The position numbers and the translations under genes are program-made. A DNA stretch of 64,000 nt from an uncultured Alphaproteobacteria bacterium (GTDB lineage Bacteria > Pseudomonadota > Alphaproteobacteria > Acetobacterales > Acetobacteraceae). Below, piece after piece: positions 35,303 to 43,368 of this stretch (the first letter of the stretch is position 1; each line of letters opens with the position of its first letter). The stretch is taken from assembly GCA_963812505.1 (NCBI GenBank), contig CAWEVM010000015.1, positions 288,293 through 352,292 on the forward strand, written 5' to 3'. The notes under the pieces were generated by a model that saw nothing but the letters and a program-made list of their open reading frames with translations, ran no database searches and had not been told where the DNA came from.

Positions 35303-35755
35303 ATGACCAGTCCTGCCCCGATGATCGCCGGCGTCACGCCGCAGGGCAGCAGTGTGGACGGGATTGTCTGGCACATCCTCGGCCAGACATACACGCCCCT
35401 CCACGTCACCGAGAGCAGCTTCTCGTGGCATGCGCTGTTGCCGCCCGGCACGTTCGTGCCACCCCACGTCCACCCGACGCAGGACGAATTCATCTACGTA
35501 TTCGAAGGACGCTTCGACCTCGTGCTGGATGGCCAGGCCGCGAGCGCATCGGCCGGAGATCTGATCCGCCTGCCACGGGGCATTCCGCACGGGCTGTTCA
35601 ACCACAGCCAGGCGGACATCACCTGTTTGTTCTGGGTGTCACCGACGCGCAGGCTGTGGGATCTGTTCCAGGCAATAGACGACGTGCCCGACCCTGTGGA
35701 GGTCGTTCGCCTCGCCGGTCTGCACGAGGTGAATTTCCTGCCGCCGCCCGGATAG
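35303..35755 (+). CDS. Cupin-domain protein
   Basis: ATG at 35303 follows GAGGGA. Cupin motifs PPHVHPTQDEFIYVFEG and GDLIRLPRGIPHG. Confidence 0.8.
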   Translation: MTSPAPMIAGVTPQGSSVDGIVWHILGQTYTPLHVTESSFSWHALLPPGTFVPPHVHPTQDEFIYVFEGRFDLVLDGQAASASAGDLIRLPRGIPHGLFNHSQADITCLFWVSPTRRLWDLFQAIDDVPDPVEVVRLAGLHEVNFLPPPG

Positions 35756-35802
35756 CGTCGCGGTCCAGCCACAGACCCTTCATCGAGAGAGATCGAACCC
35801 GC

Positions 35803-36972
35803 TCACCAGTTCGCGCCCTGTCGCGCGATGCGCTGCGCCAGCGACCAGCGATGCACCTCCGAGGGGCCGTCATAAATGCGGAACGCGCGCACCTCGCGGA
35901 AGATGCGTTCCACCAGTGTCTCGCCGGTGACGCCCTGCCCACCGAGCACCTGCACGCAGCGATCAACCACGCGCCAGATCGCCTCGGAACAGAACACCTT
36001 GGCGATCGATGACTCCGTGGTGCCACGCGAGCCCTGATCCAACACCCAGGCGGTGTGCCAGATCGACAGCCGGCTCATGCGTATGTCGATCTCGTTGTCG
36101 GCCAGCATGAACCCGACACCTTCGTGGTTCACCAGCTTCGACCCGAACACCTCACGCCGCGCCGCATAATCCGCCGCGATGTCGTGCGCGCGCCGCGCCG
36201 CGCCGAGCCAACGCATGCAGTGCGTCAGCCTCGCCGGCGCAAGCCGCACCTGCGCGTAGCGGAAGCCCTTGCCGAGCTCGCCAAGAATATCGCCCGCCGG
36301 CACGCGCAGATCATTGAACCGAACAACCGCGTGGCCGCCTGCGAAAGCCTGATCGAGGCTGTGCATGGCGCGCACGATCTCGATCCCCGGCTGGTCCATG
36401 TCGGCGAGGAACATCGTCGCCGCGCCATCCTCGCCCTTGGCCATGATGATGGCGAAGCCGGCACCTTCTGCCCCGGTGATGAACCATTTGGTGCCGTTGA
36501 TCACCCAGTGGTTGCCGTCCTGCACGGCGGTGGTGTTCAACGCCGAAGGATCGGATCCTGCCCCGGGTGCCGGCTCGGTCATGCAGAAGCACGAGCGGAT
36601 ATCACCACGTGCCAATGGACGCAGCCAGCGTTCCTTCTGTTCCTTCGTGGCAACCTGTTCCAGCAAATGGATGTTGCCCTCGTCAGGGGCGAAGATGTGC
36701 AGCGCGACGGGGCCCAGCAGCGAATAGCCGGCCTCCTCGAAAACCACCGCCTTACCGACATTGTTCAGTCCGAGACCGCCGAATTCCGCCGGCGCGTGCG
36801 GCGCGAGCAGCCCCGCCTCGCGTCCGAGTGCTACCAACGCGCGCCGGAATGCCTCCGTCGGGCCGTGAGCGGTCTGTCGCGGATCGCCCTCCAGCGGCAT
36901 GATCTTGTCGCGAATGAAGCTGCGCGTGCGCTGCTGCAGCTCCTGCAGTTCGGATGAGAGCGAAAAATCCAT
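35803..36972 (-). CDS. Acyl-CoA dehydrogenase family protein
   Basis: 389 aa: CFCMTEPAPGAGSDPSAL...WVINGTKWFITGA...RIYDGPSEVHR. Confidence 0.95.
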   Translation of the reverse strand: MDFSLSSELQELQQRTRSFIRDKIMPLEGDPRQTAHGPTEAFRRALVALGREAGLLAPHAPAEFGGLGLNNVGKAVVFEEAGYSLLGPVALHIFAPDEGNIHLLEQVATKEQKERWLRPLARGDIRSCFCMTEPAPGAGSDPSALNTTAVQDGNHWVINGTKWFITGAEGAGFAIIMAKGEDGAATMFLADMDQPGIEIVRAMHSLDQAFAGGHAVVRFNDLRVPAGDILGELGKGFRYAQVRLAPARLTHCMRWLGAARRAHDIAADYAARREVFGSKLVNHEGVGFMLADNEIDIRMSRLSIWHTAWVLDQGSRGTTESSIAKVFCSEAIWRVVDRCVQVLGGQGVTGETLVERIFREVRAFRIYDGPSEVHRWSLAQRIARQGANW

Positions 36973-38048
36973 CAGAATGCGCGTCCCTGGGCTATCTCAT
37001 GCGCGAACTCGACGATGCCGGTGCCGATCGCGGTAAGGCCGGCATAGCGCGGCTCGGACGTGGCACCACTACGCCAGCGGTAGCCCAGTTGCAGAAAGAT
37101 GACGCCCAGCTTGTACATCGCCAGCACGCGGTGGAACAGGAAGTCCGACACATCGCGTCCGCTCAGCGAGGCGTACGTCGCGACTGCCTGTTCGCGTGAC
37201 CAGAAGCCGCCCTCGTCCGCCGGCATCTGTGCCATGTCGTGCAGCGCGGGCGGATCGCCCTCGTGCACCCAGTAGCTCAGCAGTGTTGCGAAATCGAACA
37301 GCGGATCGCCCCGCGTGCCCTGGTCCCAATCCACCACGGCGACAGGCGACAGGTCACGTGGGTCCAGAATCATGTTGTTCAGCTTGAAGTCATTGTGCAG
37401 CAACGCCGGCGCACCATCCGGCGCCAGGTGGCTTTCCAACCAAAGCCCCAGCTCGGCATGCAGCCGTTCGGTGCCCGCCTCCAACGCAGCCACGCCTCGC
37501 TTGCGCCAGCCACTCACTGCGCGCGCGAGGAAACCCACTGGCCGCCCGAGATCGTCCAGCCCGATCGCGGCGGTGTCCACAGCGTGGATCGCAGCCAGCG
37601 TCTCGAGCAGCACCTGTGACAGGCGGGGACCGACCTCCGGCCGCCCAGCCAACTCAGGCGGCATGTGCTCGCGGATCACCAGGCCCGGCCGATACTCGAT
37701 GATCTGGAATTGCGCGCCAACGATGCTTGCGTCCGCACATAGAAACAGACCGCGCGGCACGAACGCCAGAGCGTCCGGCAGCCGGCTCAGAATGCGAAAC
37801 TCGCGCGCCATGTCGTAGGCACCTGCCGGCAGCTCGCCGAGCGGTGGCCGCCGCAGCACGGCGGGCTTGCCGTCGACGTGGACCAGATAGTTCAGATTGG
37901 CCAGCCCCCCGGCGAATTGCCGCGGTGGCGGATCGCTGTCGAGACGCAGCCCTTGCCCCGCCAGATATTCGCGCAGCACAGCCCAGTCGAGCGCCACGCT
38001 CTGCGCCGCCGAGCGCACACCGTCCGGCTCCTGGGAAGGCAATGTCAT
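36972..38048 (-). CDS. APH/choline-kinase-fold phosphotransferase (ACAD10/11 kinase-domain-like, LvaA-like)
   Basis: GGLANLNYLV...ALLHNDFKLNNMILDP...VVDWDQGTRGDPLFDFA (Brenner HxDxxxxN and DWD motifs). 1-nt overlap with the ACAD start. Confidence 0.85.
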   Translation of the reverse strand: MTLPSQEPDGVRSAAQSVALDWAVLREYLAGQGLRLDSDPPPRQFAGGLANLNYLVHVDGKPAVLRRPPLGELPAGAYDMAREFRILSRLPDALAFVPRGLFLCADASIVGAQFQIIEYRPGLVIREHMPPELAGRPEVGPRLSQVLLETLAAIHAVDTAAIGLDDLGRPVGFLARAVSGWRKRGVAALEAGTERLHAELGLWLESHLAPDGAPALLHNDFKLNNMILDPRDLSPVAVVDWDQGTRGDPLFDFATLLSYWVHEGDPPALHDMAQMPADEGGFWSREQAVATYASLSGRDVSDFLFHRVLAMYKLGVIFLQLGYRWRSGATSEPRYAGLTAIGTGIVEFAHEIAQGRAF

Positions 38049-38061
38049 GGCAGTTGTCGCG

Positions 38062-38241
38062 CTACCGGGTGAACGGATTCTTCGACTCGACCCGACCGAA
38101 CATACGACTCCACGCCGCCTCGCGCAGCAGACGATTGGGATTGGTGCCGCTCGGCTGTGCAGCCTGTCTAGCCGCACGCTGCTCGGCAGATGCTGCCTCC
38201 GCTGGCGCCTTACGGGCCGTTACCTTCTTTCGTGTTGCCAT
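38062..38241 (-). CDS. Possible 59-aa basic protein (hypothetical)
   Basis: MATRKKVTARKAPAEAASAEQRAARQ.... It lies between the ECF sigma and kinase genes on the same strand. Codon bias is only moderate. Confidence 0.3.
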   Translation of the reverse strand: MATRKKVTARKAPAEAASAEQRAARQAAQPSGTNPNRLLREAAWSRMFGRVESKNPFTR

Positions 38242-38264
38242 GTCACCCTCCCCACCAGACGCCA

Positions 38265-39023
38265 CTACGATACCACCATCGCGCCGATCAGCCAGCGCGG
38301 ACCGATGCGCCCAAGGCACGACCAAGCTGCCAGGAAGCGTGCGGCCGTTGCTGCCACACCGCCGCTGCGACGCGTCGGCCTCACCGTCGCGGCAGAACGC
38401 GGTGCCCCAATTGCTGCATCGATTGCCTGGCGCACGCGACCACGCGCGCGGTGCAGCAGCACGCGCTGGTTCTCAGCGGTGATGCCAAGCAGCGTACAGG
38501 TCTCCTCGGCTTCGCAGCCCTCCATGTCACGCAGGATGATGACAGCGCGCTGCCCGGACGGCAGATGGTCAATCGCCTCGACGACCTGATCCCATAACTG
38601 CCTGCCACCGACGATGCGCTCGGGGTTGATCTCGTCCCACAGTCGAGGCGCCTCGATCCAATGGCCATCGGGCTTGAACTCCGAGACGTCCACGGCTCTG
38701 CCGCCCGGGCTGCTTCCCTCCATCAACGCCGGCAGGCCAACCAGGCGACCCTCCCGCGTGGCGCGCGTGCGCGCCCGGTTCAGCACGATGCTGAACACCC
38801 ACGTGACCAGACTCGAGCGACCTTCGAAGGCTCCAATTCCGGAGAACACGGCCAGCCAGGCGTCCTGCACCACCTCCTCGGCCTGAGCGCGACTGCCGAT
38901 GATCGAAGCGGCGAGCCCGGTCAGCGAGCCGTGAAAGCGCCTGATCAGCACCCGGAACGCCTGCTCATCGCCGCGGCGCAGTTGGGCCAGGAATTCCGGC
39001 TCATCGAACTCGGTCTGACGCAT
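38265..39023 (-). CDS. ECF-type RNA polymerase sigma factor with a long sigma2-sigma4 linker and a ~50-aa C-terminal tail
   Basis: Sigma2 region EEVVQDAWLAVFSGIGAFEGRSSLVTWVFSIVLNRARTR. Sigma4 region LPSGQRAVIILRDMEGCEAEETCTLLGITAENQRVLLHRARGRVRQAI. Confidence 0.9.
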   Translation of the reverse strand: MRQTEFDEPEFLAQLRRGDEQAFRVLIRRFHGSLTGLAASIIGSRAQAEEVVQDAWLAVFSGIGAFEGRSSLVTWVFSIVLNRARTRATREGRLVGLPALMEGSSPGGRAVDVSEFKPDGHWIEAPRLWDEINPERIVGGRQLWDQVVEAIDHLPSGQRAVIILRDMEGCEAEETCTLLGITAENQRVLLHRARGRVRQAIDAAIGAPRSAATVRPTRRSGGVAATAARFLAAWSCLGRIGPRWLIGAMVVS

Positions 39024-39134
39024 GACGGCTGCTCCGGGAGCGCTGGCCTATTGCCTACAGGAAGCGACGGAGTTTCTGTAACCTGTCGCCTTGTACCGAG
39101 TCTCAGGTATTTGCACCACCTGGCGAGGGGGGCC

Positions 39135-39380
39135 GTGAGCGTGCCGACCTGCCGTGATATGAGCGAACTCGTGACCGACTATCTGGAGCGCGTCGTGCCG
39201 CTCCGGACCCGCCTCGACATGTGGTGGCATCTGCTCCGCTGCGAAGCATGTCGGCACTACTACGACCAAATACGGCAAACGGTGCGGCTCCTCGGCAGCC
39301 GGTTGCCGAGACCTCCCGCCAGCGCTGATGAGGAAGCTGCGTTGGCCGCGGCACGCGGCGAGCACCCGCGCGAGTCGTGA
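39135..39380 (+). CDS. Soluble zinc-binding anti-sigma factor (ZAS, RsrA-like), divergent from the ECF sigma gene
   Basis: GTG at 39135 follows GAGGGGGG. VSVPTCRDMSELVTDYLERVV...HLLRCEACRHYY carries the HxxxCxxC motif plus an upstream Cys. No TM segment. Confidence 0.75.
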   Translation: MSVPTCRDMSELVTDYLERVVPLRTRLDMWWHLLRCEACRHYYDQIRQTVRLLGSRLPRPPASADEEAALAAARGEHPRES

Positions 39381-40084
39381 GGTGGGTGCACAGGCCGCAG
39401 GCAGGTAGCGCCACGCCATCTGGCATCCAGCCCAATATTCGCGCGCCTGTTGCGCATCGCAACTCGGCCGTCCCGAACAAACGCTCCTTCCGACTCGGCA
39501 TCGCTGCCGTGCAACCACGCGGTAGGTTAACGTGATGTTAGAAATACCCGTGTAGGTTTGAGATACTCGGCGCCATCTTGCCGTTGGCATCGGGAATGGA
39601 GGTTGCGGCAATGGCGCGGGTTCCTACTTGTCTCACGCCTCAGTTTGTGACTGCGGCGCACATGATTGGGATCAGTCGGCCATCGTGCCGCGCTTGGACT
39701 TCTATTGATTTATCAAGAACGCCTTTTAACAGGCTGATTTCGGCCGCAAAAATCTGCCAACGGTCGATGGACAGTCGGTGCCTCAGATGTTGAGCTGCGA
39801 CCAGGGCTTCTCAGGCAGGCGCAGGCGGATGGGTCACCCGGAGGGGTGGAAAGTGGCACGTCATGGTGAGTTGCCACAAAGTCACCATGCTTCAGTTCAT
39901 GGTCGCTGCAGCGGCCAGCAACTCGGATAGGAGGCCTCCATGGCCAGAACAGTTACCGTCACACCAACTGTGCAAACCGCACGCCCGCTCGAAAAAACAT
40001 TCACGCGACACCCACTCGATACGCTACGCTCGCACCCATCTTGCATGAGTGCCAGATGCGCCCCCTCAACTAACGGAGCGGCCG

Positions 40085-42031
40085 ATGTATCCGGTCGATG
40101 ACTTGTTCGCAGCCTACGCAAAAAGCTTCGAGGCAAACCGCGAAGCCGAAATGACGCTTCCCGAATATCTGGAAGCGTGCCGCGACGATCCGATGATGTT
40201 TGCGACTGCGACCGAGCGTCTGCTCGCCGCGATCGGCGAACCTCAGATGGTCGATACGGCAAAGGATGCCCAACTCGGTCGCATCTTCATGAACCGCACC
40301 ATTCGGGTTTATCCGGCGTTCTCCGAATTTTTCGGCATGGAAGAGACGATTGAGCGCATCGTCGGTTTCCTGCGCCACGCCGCGCAGGGCCTCGAAGAGC
40401 GCAAGCAGATCATGTACCTGCTTGGCCCGGTCGGCGGCGGCAAGTCATCGCTCGCTGAACGCCTGAAAGCATTGATGGAACTGCATCCCGTCTATGTGCT
40501 GAAGGCAGGCGACCAGCTCAGCCCGGTCTTCGAAAGCCCGCTCGGGTTGTTCAATCCCGAACGCATGGGACCGATGTTGGAAGATCGCTTCGGCATCCCC
40601 CAGCGGCGGCTGACCGGACTGATGAGTCCGTGGTGCGTCAAGCAACTCGATGAGTTCGAAGGCGACATCTCACGCTTCCGCGTCGCCAAGCTGCAACCCT
40701 CTCGGCTGCGTCAGATCGCCGTCGCCAAGACCGAGCCCGGCGACGAGAACAATCAGGACATCTCCTCGCTTGTCGGCAAGGTCGACATCCGCAAGCTGGA
40801 GTTGCATGCGCAGAACGATCCGGACGCCTACAGCTATTCGGGCGGCCTCAATCGCGCCAACCAAGGCCTCCTCGAATTCGTCGAAATGTTCAAGGCGCCG
40901 ATCAAGATGCTGCACCCGTTGCTGACCGCAACGCAGGAAGGCAACTACATCGGCACGGAGAACATCGGCGCCATCCCGTTCAGTGGCATCATCCTCGCCC
41001 ACTCCAACGAGGCGGAGTGGCAGACCTTCAAGAACAACCGGAACAACGAAGCCTTCATAGACCGAATTTACGTGATCAAAGTGCCGTATTGCCTGCGCGT
41101 CACCGAAGAGCAAAGGATCTACGACAAGTTGGTGCGTGGGTCGGAGCTCTCCGCGGCACCGTGCGCACCGGCAACTCTTGAGATGCTCGCGCGATTCTCG
41201 GTGCTCACCAGGCTGCGGCGGCACGAGAACTCGACCCTGTTTGCCAAGATGCGGGTCTACGACGGAGAGAGCCTGAAGGAGACCGATCCGCGTGCGCGTT
41301 CGCTGCAGGAATACAAGGACTCGGCCGGCGTGGAGGAAGGCATGGATGGCGCCTCCACCCAATTCGCGTTCAAGGTGTTGGCAGCGACATTCAACCACGA
41401 CACGACCGAAATCGCTGCCGACCCGGTGCATATGATGTACGTGCTGGAGCAGGCCATTCGTCGCGAGCAGCATCCGACCGAGACCGAGAAGCGTTACCTG
41501 GAATTCATCAAAGGCGAGCTCGCGCCGCGTTACGCCGAATTCATCGGCAACGAGATTCAGAAGGCCTATCTCGAGTCGTATCACGACTACGGCCAGAACC
41601 TGTTCGACCGCTACGTGTCCTACGCTGACGCCTGGATCGAGGACATCGACTTCAAGGATCCCGACACAGGTCAGCTCATGAACCGCGAACTGCTGAACCA
41701 GGAGTTGACGAAGGTCGAGAAGCCTGCCGGAATCGCTAACCCGAAGGACTTCCGGAACGAGGTGGTGAAGTTCAGCCTGCGGGCACGCGCCAACAACAAC
41801 GGCAAGAACCCGTCCTGGACCAGCTACGAGAAAATCCGCGAAGTCATCGAGCGACGGATGTTCAGCCAGGTGGAGGAGCTGCTGCCCGTGATCAGCTTCG
41901 GCTCCAAGAAGGACAGCGACAGCGAGAAGAAGCACGAGGAATTCGTGGATCGTATGGTTGCGCGTGGCTACACCGAGCGGCAGGTCCGTCGCCTGGTCGA
42001 GTGGTACATGCGCGTCAAGCAGGCGGGGTGA
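40085..42031 (+). CDS. prkA: PrkA/YeaG-family AAA+ serine protein kinase
   Basis: MYPVDDLFAAYAKSFEANREAEMTLPEYLEACRDDP...YLLGPVGGGKSSLAERLK (Walker A). ATG at 40085 follows GGAG. Confidence 0.95.
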   Translation: MYPVDDLFAAYAKSFEANREAEMTLPEYLEACRDDPMMFATATERLLAAIGEPQMVDTAKDAQLGRIFMNRTIRVYPAFSEFFGMEETIERIVGFLRHAAQGLEERKQIMYLLGPVGGGKSSLAERLKALMELHPVYVLKAGDQLSPVFESPLGLFNPERMGPMLEDRFGIPQRRLTGLMSPWCVKQLDEFEGDISRFRVAKLQPSRLRQIAVAKTEPGDENNQDISSLVGKVDIRKLELHAQNDPDAYSYSGGLNRANQGLLEFVEMFKAPIKMLHPLLTATQEGNYIGTENIGAIPFSGIILAHSNEAEWQTFKNNRNNEAFIDRIYVIKVPYCLRVTEEQRIYDKLVRGSELSAAPCAPATLEMLARFSVLTRLRRHENSTLFAKMRVYDGESLKETDPRARSLQEYKDSAGVEEGMDGASTQFAFKVLAATFNHDTTEIAADPVHMMYVLEQAIRREQHPTETEKRYLEFIKGELAPRYAEFIGNEIQKAYLESYHDYGQNLFDRYVSYADAWIEDIDFKDPDTGQLMNRELLNQELTKVEKPAGIANPKDFRNEVVKFSLRARANNNGKNPSWTSYEKIREVIERRMFSQVEELLPVISFGSKKDSDSEKKHEEFVDRMVARGYTERQVRRLVEWYMRVKQAG

Positions 42032-42060
42032 AAAAGGCCCCGCCCGGAACAGGCAACTTT

Positions 42061-43368
42061 ATGCACATCGTCGACCGGCGTCTCAACCCCAGCGGCAAGA
42101 ACCTGGCCAACCGGCAGCGGTTCATGCGCCGCGCCAAGTCGCTGATCCGAAAGGCAGTGCACGAAAGCTCGGCCAGCCGCAGCATCAAGGACGCCGACCA
42201 GGCCGGCGAGGTCGCGCTGCCGGCACAGGGCGTGCACGAGCCGTCCTTCCACCGCAGCGCGTCCGGTGGCCTTCGCGATCACCTGCTGCCCGGCAACAAA
42301 CAGTACATCGAGGGCGACACGATCCCTCGCCCGCAGGGCGGCGCGGGGGGCGGTGGCTCCGAGGGCAGTCCTGACGGCGACGGGCAGGATGACTTCCGTT
42401 TCGCCCTGTCCCGCGACGAGTTCGTCGACCTGTTCCTGGAAGATCTCGAGCTGCCCGACCTGGCAAAGCGCCGCGTGGTCGACAGCGAAAGCGTATCCTG
42501 GCACCGCGCCGGTTACTCGGTCACCGGCTCGCCGGCCAACCTCGCCCTGCTGCGCACCGTTCGCAACAGTCTGTCGCGGCGCATCGCTCTAAAGCGACCT
42601 AAGCCCGATGAACTGCAGCGACTGCGCGACGAGATCGCAGCACTCAGCCCGGACGGCGATGATCAGGCGCGTCGAGTCGAACTGGAGGCCGAGCTTGAGC
42701 GCAAGCTGCGGCGCACCGGACTGATCCCGTACATCGACCCGCTCGACGTTCGGTACCGCAAATTCGAGCCGCAACCGAAGCCGGTCGCACAGGCCGTGAT
42801 GTTCTGCCTCATGGATGTGTCCGGCTCGATGACCGAGCACATGAAGGATCTCGCCAAGCGGTTCTACGTTTTGCTCTATATCTTCCTGCGCCGCCGCTAC
42901 AAGCACGTCGACGTGGTGTTCATCCGCCACACGCACCAGGCTCAGGAGGTGGACGAGGATACATTCTTCCACTCGCCGGAAACCGGCGGCACCGTCGTAT
43001 CGACCGCACTCGAGGAAATGCAGCGTGTCATTACCGAGCGCTACAGCCCGGATCTGTGGAACATCTATGCGGCGCAGGCGTCAGACGGCGACAACACAGC
43101 CTCCGACAACGACAAGACAGGGGCACTGCTGACCGAGAATATACTCCCGGTCTGTCAGTACTACGCCTATCTCGAGGTCGGCCGCGATTCGGAGCACTTC
43201 CCGCCCGGTTTCATCCGGCGCAACTCCGACCTGTGGCAGACCTACACGGCGATCTGCAAGACTGGCGCGCCCATGGCGATGCGCAAAGTCGGGCATCGGC
43301 GTGACATCTATCCGGTGTTCCGCGAGCTGTTCGCGAAAAAGCAGGCAACCACAGGAGCCGAGACATGA
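42061..43368 (+). CDS. yeaH: YeaH/DUF444-family protein (vWA-like)
   Basis: MHIVDRRLNPSGKNLANRQRFMRR...FCLMDVSGSM. It follows prkA. Confidence 0.9.
   Translation: MHIVDRRLNPSGKNLANRQRFMRRAKSLIRKAVHESSASRSIKDADQAGEVALPAQGVHEPSFHRSASGGLRDHLLPGNKQYIEGDTIPRPQGGAGGGGSEGSPDGDGQDDFRFALSRDEFVDLFLEDLELPDLAKRRVVDSESVSWHRAGYSVTGSPANLALLRTVRNSLSRRIALKRPKPDELQRLRDEIAALSPDGDDQARRVELEAELERKLRRTGLIPYIDPLDVRYRKFEPQPKPVAQAVMFCLMDVSGSMTEHMKDLAKRFYVLLYIFLRRRYKHVDVVFIRHTHQAQEVDEDTFFHSPETGGTVVSTALEEMQRVITERYSPDLWNIYAAQASDGDNTASDNDKTGALLTENILPVCQYYAYLEVGRDSEHFPPGFIRRNSDLWQTYTAICKTGAPMAMRKVGHRRDIYPVFRELFAKKQATTGAET

Noticed and set aside
40029-40046. A sigma-54-like -24/-12 element, CTCGCACCCATCTTGCAT, about 40 nt upstream of the prkA start. 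Spacing to the TTGCA is correct.
   Set aside because: The near-invariant GG of the -24 box is CG here. The other TGGCAC/TTGC pairs in this region (39854..39874 and 39583..39606) have the wrong spacing. This is not enough to call a promoter without a search or TSS data.
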